From Vicugna vicugna (Eukaryota): DNA of 64,000 nucleotides. The stretch spans positions 186,001 through 250,000 of the forward strand of contig MU058387.1 in NCBI GenBank assembly GCA_013265495.1, written 5' to 3'. This document shows positions 38,101 to 51,199 of this stretch, in pieces. The position numbers were made by a program, and so were the translations under genes. The notes beneath the pieces are model-generated. The model worked only from the letters and a program-made list of their open reading frames with translations, searched no databases and had not been told where the DNA came from. Position 1 is the first letter of the stretch. Each line of letters begins with the position of its first letter.

Positions 38101-38250
38101 TAAAATAGAATTCAATGCAATAATTCAAATGAATAAAGCAGAGCTCATTTATAATAAAGTTAAAATGAAAAAAAAAAACAGGTTGTTAAGTGAAAGAAGA
38201 GCATGTTCAGAAAGGAACATACATAAGATAGTGTGTAACCATCATACAAG
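35130..38250 (+). mobile_element. Old L1 (L1ME-like) ORF2 and 3' remnants, probably continuing 30480-30900
   Basis: A-rich decayed ORF2 pieces (aaactgaatctagaat, agccagtacagtgagacaaggaaaag, ccaattgcattcctatat, gattctaattttatatgaaa, tatccaataagactggca). Confidence 0.75.
36385..36722 (-). mobile_element. MER46C-like Tigger MITE inserted in L1
   Basis: gttcagatcggattt...gttttcagagcttttgaaatttcagaattatgaataagggattatgaatctg. Confidence 0.7.
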
Positions 38251-38340
38251 TTAATCTGTTCTCTTTTTTACTGTTTTTGACAGTTTGATGTTGTTTATGT
38301 TTCTTTTTCGTGAGCTCTGTTGTGCTTGTTGGTTATGCAG

Positions 38341-38672
38341 GGCGATGGTCTGAATGTCTTGAGTCCTCCCAGAATTCACACGTTGGAATCTTAATGTCCA
38401 GCGTGATGGTGTTAGGACGTGGGGTCTTTGGGAGTTGGAGGTGCTTGGGTTACAGAATAGAGCCCTCATGAATGGGCTCCGTGCTGTTACGAAAGAGCCC
38501 CCATCGAGCTCCCTTGCCCCTTCCACCCTGTGAGGATGCAATTCTGCAGCCTGCAAAAGGGCCCTCACCCTACCATACTGGTACCCTAATCTCAGATTTC
38601 CAGTCTCCAGAACTTTTTAATTCTCCAGTCTGTGGTGTCTTGTTAGAGCACTCCAAACAGACTAATAAGACA
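38341..38672 (+). mobile_element. MaLR MLT1A solo LTR
   Basis: gatggtctgaatgt...aattcacacgttggaatc...gagccctcatgaatggg...ctggtaccctaatctcagatttccagtctccagaac...aaacagactaataagaca. Confidence 0.9.
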
Positions 38673-40179
38673 TTCAGGTTTATAATTTTCATCAAATTTG
38701 GAAAACGTTCAGCTATTATTTACAAAGTGTTTTTTAATCCTTCCCTTCCACTCACTCCGTTCCTTGTGTGAGTCCCCAGTTACACACGCGTAAGATCAAC
38801 AACATTCCACAGCTCGCTCTGTCTCTGCTTAATTCAGTTCCTGGGCTCCCTTTTAAATGTTTTCTAAGTGCAGAGTAATCAGGTAGGTGAGCTTTCCACA
38901 GGGGTTCTGAGCCAGGTCTTAGCAGAAATAGGAAAATAGAGACCAAGTTCAAGAATCAGGCAACAGTGTCTATGATCATTTGCTCTGACAACTTCCGCAG
39001 GACCCTGCCTTCCTGCTCAGCTCTGTGGGAGAACCAGAGAAAGCACACACATTGACATATCCCGCTGCCCAGGACATCTGTCACTCCCCCTTAATTTCTG
39101 TTAACTGTGCTCTTAGAGAACCATCTCTACCATTTTAGTTTGGGGGAGGTGGTGAGGACTGAACTCTCCTTGAGCACTGACTCTCCACAAAACCAGGAAC
39201 ACCCTGCCCTAGTAAGCCCTAAAGAAAATACCCTGCCCAGCTCTCGGTTGTACTCTTTGGAGAAGGGCATTTGTAAGACCCCTTTGTCCTCAAATTTACA
39301 TACAAATTCCCAATGCCCAGAGAGGTCTACAATTTGTCTGATAATTCAGGTCACTATTTAAAGAAATTCAAAACTGGTGTTTCTGAGAAATACTGAAATG
39401 CCATTATTAACACTATTGGGTTGATATTTTATTTTTCTCTAATATGCATTGGCAGTATTTCTATTTCTTACCCTGCCTAAAGGAAATCCAGATTAAGGGA
39501 CATTAATTCAAATGCTTTAAATGTGAAAATGTTAACATTGATTAGCTAAGATAGAAGTCCGTTTCTAATCCTTCGTCTTCTCAGAATCAGTACTTTGAAA
39601 GTAACTAATAGTTATTTTACGGTAATAATTGATCCCATGATACACATTCCCTTCCCATGCAGCTCATTAACATGAAAACATTCAATCTGATAATCAACTA
39701 AAATGTCACTCAGTTAACAAGATGTAGCATCATTTACTGGCTTTATAGACATTATATGTAGCAGAGTACTAAACAGTTAACCTCTTACAGGAATACCTGG
39801 TAATCCTTTAATCAGTGAACTCTCAGCTTTATTTATACAAATCTCAGTGTGGTTCTATGTTGCTTACATTTCATGAGTTTAATTTACCTTTAAAGATTAA
39901 GTAACTAATTATTTGGTTACTCTATTAGGTTTTGCCTTCTAACATAACCATGGACTAACCAGAGTACATTATAATCCATCATCTTATATTCTAAATGCAC
40001 TGATGTAAAAAAACAAGAAACCAATTTCTTTCTAAGTATTTAATATTTCCATATCATCTTGTAATTTGTAAACAACATGAAAAACATATTTTGAACTAAT
40101 GTGCAGGAATTAAAGTATTTCTGAATTTAAAACAGTGTTTCATATTATTGTTCACTTCTTCATTCATCACAAAATATGA

Positions 40180-40350
40180 GTTTTCATCCTTTGACTTCAT
40201 CACAAACTTATAAAGAAGAGCATATTATTCCCAATTGGCAGATGAGGACGTGAAGCCCAAAGAAGTTAAGTCACTTGCCTTGGCTATTAAGTGGTCCTGT
40301 CAGGGTTGAAATTTGTGCTTATCTTATTCCAAAGCTTATTCACTGTACCA
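40180..40350 (-). mobile_element. MIR SINE
   Basis: attattcccaattggcagatgagg...gcccaaagaagttaagtcacttgcc. Confidence 0.75.
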
Positions 40351-40466
40351 AGATTCTTATATTTTTTAATAGTAAGCATACAAATGTTTGCTTTATTTCT
40401 GGGAGTTTTAGGAAAAAAGGAATTTTCTTGAGTTAAAGTGTTGCCTTATTAAATTGTTCTCAGTTG

Positions 40467-40590
40467 AAGAAGTAGAAGCGGGGTGGGGGATGGGAAGGAC
40501 GAGAAGGAGGGAGAGGAGGGGGAGGAGAGGAGAGGTAGAGGGGGAAGGAGGAGGAGAAAAACAAGAACAGAGAGAACAAGACTGAGAAGG
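40467..40590 (+). repeat. Polypurine (GGA/GA-rich) low-complexity tract
   Basis: gaaggagggagaggagggggaggagaggagaggtagagggggaaggaggaggagaaaa. Confidence 0.85.
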
Positions 40591-40719
40591 TGAAGTCTTC
40601 CATCATATCACCCATATTCCGATTTTGTTCTCATATCCAGATGAACACAGTCCTCTCTCCTGTTTAAAAATAGGTGACTGTTTTGTGCTGATCTCAACCT
40701 GTCAATATCTACCCAGCGC

Positions 40720-41254
40720 TGTGGCCAGACTGGTCCTTGTGGTTCTGATTGCAAGATGCCCTTAGCAATAACCGTTAGGGAACTTTGGGGGAAAAAACAA
40801 AGTTTGTTACTCACAGGTCCTGGAGAGCACGTGACACATCTGGGGCCATAGAGTGAGGTCTCGAAGGGAGAGAGAGAAAAAGAGAGAGAGAGTGCATGGG
40901 CCTGGGGGTCTGCTTTTACTGGGGTCGAGGTTGGGGGCTTAGGGCTTTGCGGACTCACTTTTTATTGGTAAATTTAAAACATAAGAGTGGGAATTTAGAG
41001 GTCAGAAAGAGTAAAAACCATGTGGCCCAGTGGTCACTTACAGAAATCAGCCAAGACCTCTAATCCAAAGGAGGGAGCCCCTGGGGTGGGATGGAGCTGG
41101 AGGGAGGTGGAGCCTGGCTTTTTTCTAGTCCTGGGCTGGCAGCGTGTTTAGGAGAGGTAGCCACTTTTGAAGTGAATACCTTGGCAATCAAAGCTTAAAT
41201 CAGGCACTTGTATTACAAAAAAGAAAAGCCAACTGTCAGCCCTTTACACGACAA
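40720..41254 (-). mobile_element. ERVL-class solo LTR (MER74/MER54-like)
   Basis: TGT...ACA termini. ggtccttgtggttctgattgcaagatgccctt...tttgttactcacaggtcctgg...ctgcttttactggggtcgagg. Confidence 0.65.
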
Positions 41255-43030
41255 CGTCATAACTTAATAGCCAAAGTTTGCTTTTACAAATTTATTTTTG
41301 TATTTGTTTTAAATCTATACCAGTCATTTCGTACTGGGCGGACCACACATAGTGAGATCATGAAGCTTTAAAACTTGCATCCTAAAGCAAAGTTCCCTGG
41401 GGTAATGTAATACACTGATTTGAAAATGGACAGGACTTATCCTGGAAACTCAGAATGTATTTCCCAGCGTACTGTTAAATTATGTATGTGTTAGGGTCAT
41501 GAAAGGCCTGTTCTGTTTTCCTTTGTTCATGATAGGATAATGCTGAGTAGAATTGATGTAACTTGACTAACAATTACCAATAGCAAATTTACAATTTCTT
41601 ATCACTCACTACATACCAACATGCTTTGAAAATATGATTTTATTGTATTCCATATTTTTCTTAAAACAGAGATTATATTATCTCATGTGCAATACAACAA
41701 AAAAGTACACAGATGCTCAATGACTAATCTGTGAACAATTTAAGGCAATTATTGACTTCTGTTTCAAGTTTTTATCTGGGAACATTTGACTAACTCAAGG
41801 ACGCACAACAAGCCAATTTAAAAAAAATAAACAAATGTCTAATTCTGTATTCTCTCCAATATATTTGCTTACTGTAATAGAATTCTAGAGTTAAAAGGTT
41901 CCTGATAGGCAGAAATCACTTTTAACCAAAAGTTAAACACCCTCTGGAATATTAACAAACCAGTCTCTTAGAGGAAGAAGGATTCAAATCATTTCCATGA
42001 ACCTGACCCACGACTGAGACAATTCTCTTAGGACAAGGACTTTGAAGTGGAAGCCTGACAATTTGTTATATTGCCAATTTAGAAAATCATCTCATCCCTT
42101 ACTGGTTCAATGACAACCTGTCATGTTACAAAAATTTCTTCTTATTCTGTCAGATCGTTCAGCATAACAACTGCTTTTTCTCAATCTTCCAGACTTTGGG
42201 GGCAAAAGTTAGAGAAAGGCTGTTTCTTTTTTGTTAGGAATCTTTTATACCTCTTTTGAAAAATAAAGGTGGAAAATAGAACCCATGAGCTGGAAGGCAG
42301 TTAGATCTATTCCCAGTCATCTTTTATTGCAGGAGCATAGAGTTTTCCAAATTCTATAAACTAGAAAACCAAGTATGTCAAATCGAATATCACTTAATTG
42401 GCAGAATGTGGCTGTAAATCCAGTTCTCCCTCAGAAACACTGTCTTCCTCTTCATAAGAATAATATCCATTGTTCTATCGCAGTGTTGCAGTCAGTTCTG
42501 TACACACCTGAGTCTATAGCTAGATCCTAACATTCTAATACTCTCGAATGTCAGAACCTCCCCAACACTATTTGCCATGTTTTGTGTGTAGTTGGAGTTC
42601 ATTTTTTTTTTTAGTGAATATTTAGGGTAGACAGAGCTTTTTTATTTAAACTGTGCTTTACCTGCTGTCCTATTACAGATATTTTCTGCAAGAAGTTAGT
42701 ACACAGCAAGCTGATCTATCACACAAATATACACTTTGTGTCATACACTCTCTGATGGTCTTTTTCACGATAAATTTGGTGTGACCGGTCAGGAGTGAGA
42801 AGACTGGGAGAGAACATATACTTCAATCACCTACATGTGTGCCCCATCTTACGTCAGAAGGGATAGTCTCACTTAGGGTCAGGGCTTTTGTGATTTTTAT
42901 TTTTTGTAATACACAAGCATCCATCCTCTTATATCTTTGATATTATAAGAAGGAGAGAGAACTTGTGTGTATGGGCAGTTATGTTTGTATTTCTGTTAGA
43001 GCGTGAGTCCCTGGAATCCACAGACCAGGC

Positions 43031-43465
43031 TGTATCCATCAGGGTTCTACCGAGAAACAGCACCAATGAGATGTGTGGAAGTGTGCGTGTGTACACGGAA
43101 AGAGGGAGAGGGAACTGGCATGTGCAATTCAATCATGGGATCTCGCAAGTCCAGCAAACGTAGAGCAGGTCAGCTGGCTGGAAACCTAGGGCAGAGCTGG
43201 TGTTGGAGTGTGAGTCCAAAGGCAGTCTAGAGGCAGAATTCCTCATTCTACGGGGACCTCAATCTTTTTTTCTTAATGACTTCAGCTGATTGAATGAGGT
43301 CCATCCACATTATGGAGGGTAATATGCTCTACTACAAGTCTACTAATGTAAACATTAATCTCACCTGAAAAATATATTCATAGAAATATGTAGGCTTGCA
43401 TTTGACCAAATATCTGGTCAATGACAATGGCCTGGTCAAACTGACACATGAAATTAACCATCACA
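43031..43465 (-). mobile_element. MLT2 (C/D-like) ERVL solo LTR
   Basis: tgtatccatcagggttctaccgagaaacag...gaggcagaattcc...cacattatggagggtaat...ctgacacatgaaattaaccatcaca. 5-bp flanks caggc/catgc give a 4/5 TSD match. Confidence 0.92.
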
Positions 43466-46400
43466 CATGCCGTAGGTTTTGATCAGTCACTGGGCTACGA
43501 CCTGTTAGACATCACAATGTTTCATGACCTTTCATATTTCATGTTAGTTTATAATAGTTTACTTCCATTTAGAAGCTTTCACGGATCAAGGCTCAGCTGC
43601 AATGACTCAGCTCAGTTTCTACATTCTAAAACCAATTCCTGTATTGAAATTAAAAAAAAAGAACTAAATAGATGGAAAGAAATATGCAGAAAGCAGTCTC
43701 ATTTGTTAACTAAATGTAGGTGGTAAAGGGGGGGAATATTTGGAGATACTGTCACCACGTCAGTAATTTAGCAAGATTAGCTTCAATTTCAACTTTGTTA
43801 CTATCAGCACATTAATCATATATATTATGAATGGCAATCCTATATAACATGATTTGATTTTCTTGAAGAGGGGCTCATGTTGGCTTTCTATCATAAAAAT
43901 ATTACATTCTCGTGGGCCGGTATAATCCAAGACCTGCATCAGGCAAACCCTATGTCAGCACTCATCATTACTCCTCTAGTGTCTCGGGTACACTTACAAA
44001 AAGTGAGTACACACAAAGGTGATATATGTAAGAGTTTAGGGATTTCTGACGAGTCAAAGACATCGAGTCAAAGTCATAGAGACAGGGTTATAGAGGTAAT
44101 TTTGAAACATGTTTAAGAACTTCTTGAAAAAAGACAAAAATAGCTCTAACACTATCTCAAATGTTGTGCTGTATTACATCACTGAGTGACATCACAACAA
44201 CAAACAAGCTCTTGCTGGGTTTTTGTTGTTGTTTGTTTGTTTTGTTTTGTTATTGTAATATATTAACAGAGACTCAGAAGTCAAAAGCAGGTAACATTCT
44301 CAACAAACCATTCTTCCTCTAGCGGGTCCACTTAGCAAGAAGAGCCACTTCTTACTGGCAAGGTCCTCCATCAGCCATCGTTGCCTTATGGGGACAAAAA
44401 CAAAATTGAAAGCGTTTAGTTCCAAGAAGGCTTGATACTTTTTCATTATAAAAGACTGAACACATCATGGTTGCTGAGCTTCGTCTGCTTTAATTTAGCC
44501 AGCCACTTCCTCTCGACCAATGATAGCTCCCACCCCAAACCAATTCTGTAATATATTATCTACTATATTAATAAAATCCAAACAGTGATATTACTAATAA
44601 TGGTTTGCATTATGAAAAGGCACGCTTTCATTACACTGGTGGGTTTGTCTGCAAAAATCTGGTTTCGAATAAAGTCGGATAGTCAACCGAAGTAGACATT
44701 TACTAAGCACAGAAGCTCATGCAATTTCAATTCATTCATTCATTAGGCAAATCTACTTAGTGTCACGGCTGTATCAGTCACTGAAGGATGTTTAGGCAAA
44801 GCAAGCATGGTTAGCAGCCTTATTCTCACATGGGCTATGAGCCCCTTCAAATTATTAATTATACCACTCTAATATTATTTTAATAATACTGCAATTAATA
44901 TTGCTAGATGCACATAAATAATACGTTACTTTGTTTTGCAAGTAAAATGCAAATATTTTATAAGGCAAAAGAGCTAGGTTGGACATTAAACTCTCCAATA
45001 GGTCACAGATGGAAGCCAAAACCTACTCAATTTTTAGTAACAGAGCTGTCTGCCCACTCTTACCTCTCTCTCTCCCTCTCTCTCTTATTTCAGCATCCTT
45101 TTTTATACCCCATCATCTTGGGGGCAAGGAAAGTACCATTTATGCAACAAAAATCAGAGAGAAGAAATTAAGCAAGAACGTTTTTTACTAGTTATCATCC
45201 AGGACTTCTCCCCTCTAAGAAAATTATGGCACCATAATTTCCTTTGAAAAAAAAAAAAAACTAGGTGCTAACAGTAAGTCACATCACCTCTTGGAATACA
45301 TAAAAATAATCAAATATCCTAGTGGAACTTCGAAAAGACACTGAAGCTGTGTTCCAGTGCACTCTCCTGACACGAGTGTCGTGTCCCCCCCGCCCCTCAC
45401 TGAGAAAAACAATTGCTTAATGAATGCAAAGGGCCTCAGGTCAGGTCCTTGAGGGTTACAAGGAGGGCCGGTGGTACCCTAATTCACACCCCATGCAGCA
45501 AGGTTGTCAGCAAGGATGTGTTAATTATATTTGCGCATTCATTTATATGAATGCGCAGGGCAAGAAAATAACAGGAAATAAATGTCAGCATCCTGTTGAT
45601 TGTTTTTTTCTGCCCCTCAAGGTGGAAACACACTTACACAAGCATATAATAGAAAGCAAAGAACTACATGTTGTCGGAATTGATATAAGGCTTACCCCTG
45701 CAGGAGGTGGAGGAAGACTTACATGTTCATTTGCAGAGGAAAAAGTTAATCAGGGGAAAAATTAATCCTGTTTTATGGACCTGTGGTCAGTGAAGGGATT
45801 AAAGCTTTGTAAACATGCTCTAAGCATTTCCTTTAAACATCAGTTAGCACAGTACACTTAACTAGCTCTCTAGCCTTGTATGGAAACCAGAAAGAGGACA
45901 GGAATCCTTTACTCTTTTATAAGAAAACATCAGTTGGAAATACATGATCTGTTTAGTTTTCTTCATGGATGTTATTTGCCAATCAGACCCATATTATCAA
46001 GCTCCTCTTTTATCTGATGGTGGCTTTCCTGACAAACTTAGACATAACTCAATAGTTCACAGCTCTTAATTTATTCAATTTAGCTGAGTTTTAAACCTAA
46101 GGACCACATTATGTCTGTCCTATGCAGGCAGCACCAAAGGAGCAACTCAGGGCATCCCAATTCAAAACTTCCTCACCAACCACGTGGAAGGGTGCTAGAC
46201 GTAAATTCCTTTATTAGATGTAAATTCCTTTCGGTGCTGGAATGTGGTGCAACAGTGCGATATGAAGATAAGACAGAATATTAGGGATTAGAAAACCAAA
46301 TCGAGACTAGGACAGTCTGCAAAACAAGTTCGTTCAGGATGACTTTACCGCAACATGTAGCATAAAAAACTAGAGTAATCTTGAGTCATGATGTGTATGG

Positions 46401-46859
46401 GTATCGAGGAAGAGGACTGAGGGGCACATAGTCAGTGGCCAACAAAACCCGGGTTTTAAAGTTCAAAAGTGCAGAGGTGGGTGTGAACTGGAAAAATCTA
46501 CTGCAACCAAAGTGTATAATGAAGACCAGTCCATTTAACGATTCAGTAAGTATTGGTAGTTGCCACTCTGCACCTGTCACTATGTTACATCCTCAAGATA
46601 AAATTAAAACGCATTTCCTGCCATCGAGGAGTTTACAGTCTGGTTGGGAACAAGCCAATCATGGTAGAATGGTGACAGAGTGCTAACGGAGGTAGCAGAG
46701 TACCTTCAACCCAGCTGGATGATGCCGTTTGGGGTGGGGTGAAGGGGCAGAAGCTCTGGTTCCCCCAAAGCATGTGCTGAGTGTTTGGGGTACAAATGGT
46801 TATTAGGGATCAACCAATGGAAGGAATGGAGAGCACATCACTCTGCTCAGGCCACCAGA

Positions 46860-47820
46860 AAAAAATACACATGTATCTCCTCACCTCTTTTTAGCCCCAC
46901 CCACTCCAGGCTGGAATCTGCCCCCATCACTGCACTGAAGCTGCTCTTGTCAAGACCACCACTGAATTCATGTTCCCGAGTAAATATTGTCTTGTCCTTG
47001 TCACTCTTAGTCTTTTAGATGTGTCCAAATTGGCCACCCCCTTCATCTTAAACAACCTCATCACTTGTACCCCCGTGACATCTCATTCCACGACTTCCAT
47101 GACTTCTTCCTGAGACTTCGGAGCTCTCATTGCCTCTGCCCCATTCTTCCACCTCCTTACCTTTGGACTTTGGAGTTCCTCATGTCTCAGGACTGTGTAC
47201 TCTTCCTTTTCCTATGTGCCTCCTTAGAATGATGTATCCATTGCTATGTCCATAAATAATATCTGTATTTAACAACCCAAAATTTGTATCTCTGGGGCTG
47301 ACCTATCATCTAAAGTCAATTCTTGTAGCGCCAATTTCTTCCTTGATTCCTCTGTATTGATTAGTGGCACCATGAATTCTACATGTTAAACTGAACTTAT
47401 GAACAGACCCTAAGACTTCTCTTTATTTCCTTGTCTCAGTAATACCACTTCTATCAAAGCATGAGGTCCAGAAAGCTGAGTCAAGTTTGATTCCTCTTGC
47501 ACAGCCATCTCCACATCTGGTCCAGCACCAGGGCTCATTATTTGGTCTTTGACAGATCTTTCAATCGTCTGTTACTCTCTACCATCACAGTCGTAACCTG
47601 AGTTTCAGCTCCCAGTCTTGGCCATTTGAACCACTGCTAGGACGTCCTAATTGGCTCTCCATTTCTGGATTTAGGCCCCTGATTAATTCCTTACCAAGGT
47701 AATCTTTCAAAAATATAAATTGCATTCAAGTTATACCATGTTACTTCATTGCTTTAAGTTGCTAACAATGTATTATAATCCACAAAGAAACCTTTTTTTT
47801 TTTTTATCATCCAATCTAAA
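46860..47820 (+). mobile_element. L2 LINE, 3' part
   Basis: cactgcactgaagctgctcttgtcaagaccacc...ttggagttcctc...cccaaaatttgtatctc...cttgtctcagtaa...ctaattggctctcc. Confidence 0.8.
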
Positions 47821-47834
47821 TGTCCATCTCCATC

Positions 47835-48219
47835 TACTACGGATTGAACTGTGTCCCCCTCAGAATTCTCATGGTGAAGCTGCGTCTCCTAATGCTATGG
47901 CATTTGGAGATGGGGCCTTTGTGGGGTAATTAGATTTAGGTGAGGTTACGAGCCCCCATGATGGGGTTGGCCCCCATACAAGATGTGACATGAGAGAGAC
48001 TGCTTTCTCTCTCTCTCTCTCACTCTCTCTCTGCAAGATGAGGACTCAGCAGAAAGGCAGCCATCTACAAGCCAGGAAAAGAACCCTCATTGGAGAATCA
48101 AATCAGCTCGTACCTTGATCTTAAACTCCCTTGGCTCCACGACCATGCGAAATAAATCTCTATTGTTTAATCCACCCAAACTATGGAATTTTGTTATGGC
48201 AGCCTGAGCTGACTAAGAT
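47835..48219 (+). mobile_element. MaLR MLT1A solo LTR inserted in L2
   Basis: ggattgaactgtgtcccc...tttggagatggggccttt...gccatctacaagccagg...aataaatctctattgtttaa...tttgttatggcagcctgagctgactaaga. Confidence 0.9.
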
Positions 48220-48395
48220 CTATATTTATACCTATCTCGCATATGTATGTTTGATTTCTTAGTATCCATTTCCAACAGTGGACTCTTAAGACTAAGCTCC
48301 ATGAGGATGGGACCTATGTCTGTTTTATCCACTTGTTACATCCCTGCCAGGCCAGAAACGCTCTTTTGTAAATGTTTCCTGACCTTATGAATGAC
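48220..48395 (+). mobile_element. L2 3' terminus
   Basis: agactaagctccatgaggatgggacctatgtctgttttatccac...taaatgttt. Confidence 0.65.
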
Positions 48396-50034
48396 AGGAA
48401 CTAAGCTGATTCCAGGAACTGATGACAGACACAGTCATTGCTGTCAGGTCATTATATTCTCAATAGCCCAGTCATGGTGACAAATGATAAACAAAAACGC
48501 ATGACTGCAATAAATGTTGAGAGGAAAAAGTATAGGGTTTGCGTGTGTCCACACATTAATATGCCTATGTAAGTCTGACCGGGGGAGGAGAGAAGGACGG
48601 AATAATTCCACAGGGAGTGAACACGCTGTAGAAAGCCCAGTGTCGTCTCCAGGGAAGAGAGGAGACCAGTACGAATGGGACATAGTAAGTTCTACTTCTA
48701 AAAATGCCCCAAAGTGTATCACCTGCATCTATTTCTCATGAGCTGGGATTCCCAAGAATCCTCAGTCTATCAAGAGTCTCCTGATAAATTTATGTTGCAA
48801 CAAAAGGGGTTGATTTTACTGGTTTAAGGATTGAGGGAGTTGATCAGGGACACTGACTGACCATGCATATGTGAAAGTTTCATGATATTCTCGGGTAACA
48901 ATTTATTTACTTAACTGATGTACTATATATTTAATGTTATCTCATATTCAGGGTGAATTTTTTTTCAATAAAATGTATTTCTGTACCCATTAGTGAAGTT
49001 ATATGAATTCTGGAAGTTTCTGTTGCCCAGAATCGGTATTTTTGAATCGGGAAATATAAATACAGTGATTGTGGTGATTTCTGTGATTCAGAAGCATTTT
49101 AGACATCATTGGAACAGTAAGAGACATTAGTCAGTTATTTTCAAAAAAAGGAAAATGCTTGTCAAGGGCCCATAAAATGAAGAGATGGTGTGTTATATTT
49201 TTCCTTCCATTTCTTTCTTTAGCCAAGAAGCTCTATACATCAAAATGACTTTGTAACAATTTTAGTCAGTACACAATACATGTGGTTAAAATAAAAGTCT
49301 GACTTCATTCAAGTTCAAGGCATCACTCCAAGACTTGGATTCCTCGCTACAAGATAACTTTAATTAGAATAACTAGTGGGTTTTTTTTTTATTATTACTA
49401 TTGAATTGGATCCAGTGGTTCTTTTCAAGAGACAGATTGAGAAAGAAACCTCCTGTGTTGGGGCTTCCTGGCTATAAACAACTTAATGCTTAATTAAACA
49501 ACTAAAGCTGGGAAAATCGACTTTAGGGCCCCAGCAAGGTGTTCGGTTACAGTCATCCATAAAGAAAGGAATTCAGGAAATTATTCATAGAACTCTCAGG
49601 ACTCATTTAAATATTGCTTAGAGACTAGAAATAGCACTCCCGCAATACAGGAAAACATCTAAATCATTCCTACGGATGTTGCATTTTGTATGTTTTTGTG
49701 TGTGTTTACAATTCAGAAGGGTGGGAAGTACATTTACATAGAGGTTTAAGGGAAACAAACAGAAAGACTTCATATTCTTGGTTGTACTTGGCAGAAGTGG
49801 TATCAAAACTATAAACAGTAGAAATGAGTCTGAGTCCTGCAAATTTGGTTAAATATACAGGCTATTAGAAAACATGAATATGTACATGTGTGTGTAATTG
49901 TGTGTTAAATTTTCGTTTGTATTTTAAACTTTTTAGAATGACTATTTGTCAAATTCCAGGAAAGCAGGCATATTCTTGGATATAAGTACATGTTGGTCAA
50001 TAGGGAACTGCATAAAATCTGAGAGAGTGGTGCT

Positions 50035-50180
50035 AATGGTATTTCCATTATACAAAGGAAGAAACTGAGAAACAGAGAGGTTATGTAACTGGTACAGAAT
50101 CACACAGCTAGTAAGTGGTAGAACTGGGATCTGAACGTGGGAATCTGGCCCCCGAACATGTGTTTGTTAACCACCATACT
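50035..50180 (-). mobile_element. MIR SINE
   Basis: gaagaaactgagaaacagagaggttatgtaact...cacacagctagtaagtggtagaactgggatctgaac. Confidence 0.9.
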
Positions 50181-50429
50181 CTTGTGAAAGTGCATCAGGA
50201 AACAAATGGGTGGGGAATGAGGTGTAAAAGGGCATAAAAATGAATAAGACAATGTGTGAACACCTAGCATGGTACCTGGTACAGGGTAGGCACAAGAGAA
50301 ATACAACCTGGATTAAATTTTCTCATGCCGTATTATGATGATGACAAGTCTCATAAATAGTAATTACAGCCCCTAGAATGTTCTCTGAAACATAATGAGT
50401 ACAAAAAAGACAGCCTACTCTACAAATAG

Positions 50430-50655
50430 CTAAAACTGTATTCTAAGTGCTTACCATTTGTTAAACTGTTTAATTCCCACAAAACCCTTATTAATGAGGT
50501 AATGTTTTCATTCCATTTAACGGATGAGAAAACCGAAGAACAGAAATGTTGAGAAACTTGACTGATGACACATGATTAGTATGTTTTTGAAACTGGGCTT
50601 TAAGGTAAGGGGGCCTGGCTCCAGAATCTGAGCTCTTAACGCTATACAATACTTG
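50430..50655 (-). mobile_element. MIR SINE
   Basis: ttctaagtgctt...ccatttaacggatgagaaaaccgaag...ctggctccagaatctgagctcttaac. Confidence 0.85.
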
Positions 50656-51199
50656 CTGATGCATTTCAAGTTTACAGTCCATTATTAACCTAAGTTCACA
50701 ACCCGTATTAGACAGTCAGGTGAGCGAAAAGTCTATATAAGTCACAGATCCCTTTATGACTGGCAGCAATCAGCAACTATGAGCCCTGACTTCAAATTGT
50801 GACTTACTGATGATCATGAATTTATACCCAAGAACATGACTGATTTATGAGAAGTTTGCAAAGATGCTTAAAACTCTTTTTGCAATCTCTTCAGGCTCCA
50901 TTCTGGTGCAGTGTTCTGCTAACGCACATTGTTTACAGTAGTATTTATCTATGGGGTCAATCACATCTGAATACAAGGGATGGCAACATAATACATTAGA
51001 CACACAGACTCTCAGAAGATAGATTCAGTCTTAAGAAAAATTAGCATAGTTCCTCATCTGTACGGCACACTTTGCAGGATCAAAGCCCCCATGAATCCTT
51101 CTTGAATCTGCTGATATGTGCTTAAAAAATCATTAACTTATCATTCAGTTTACTACTTTTATGCCATATTGTTCATTGTTAATATAATGCCATTTTCCT

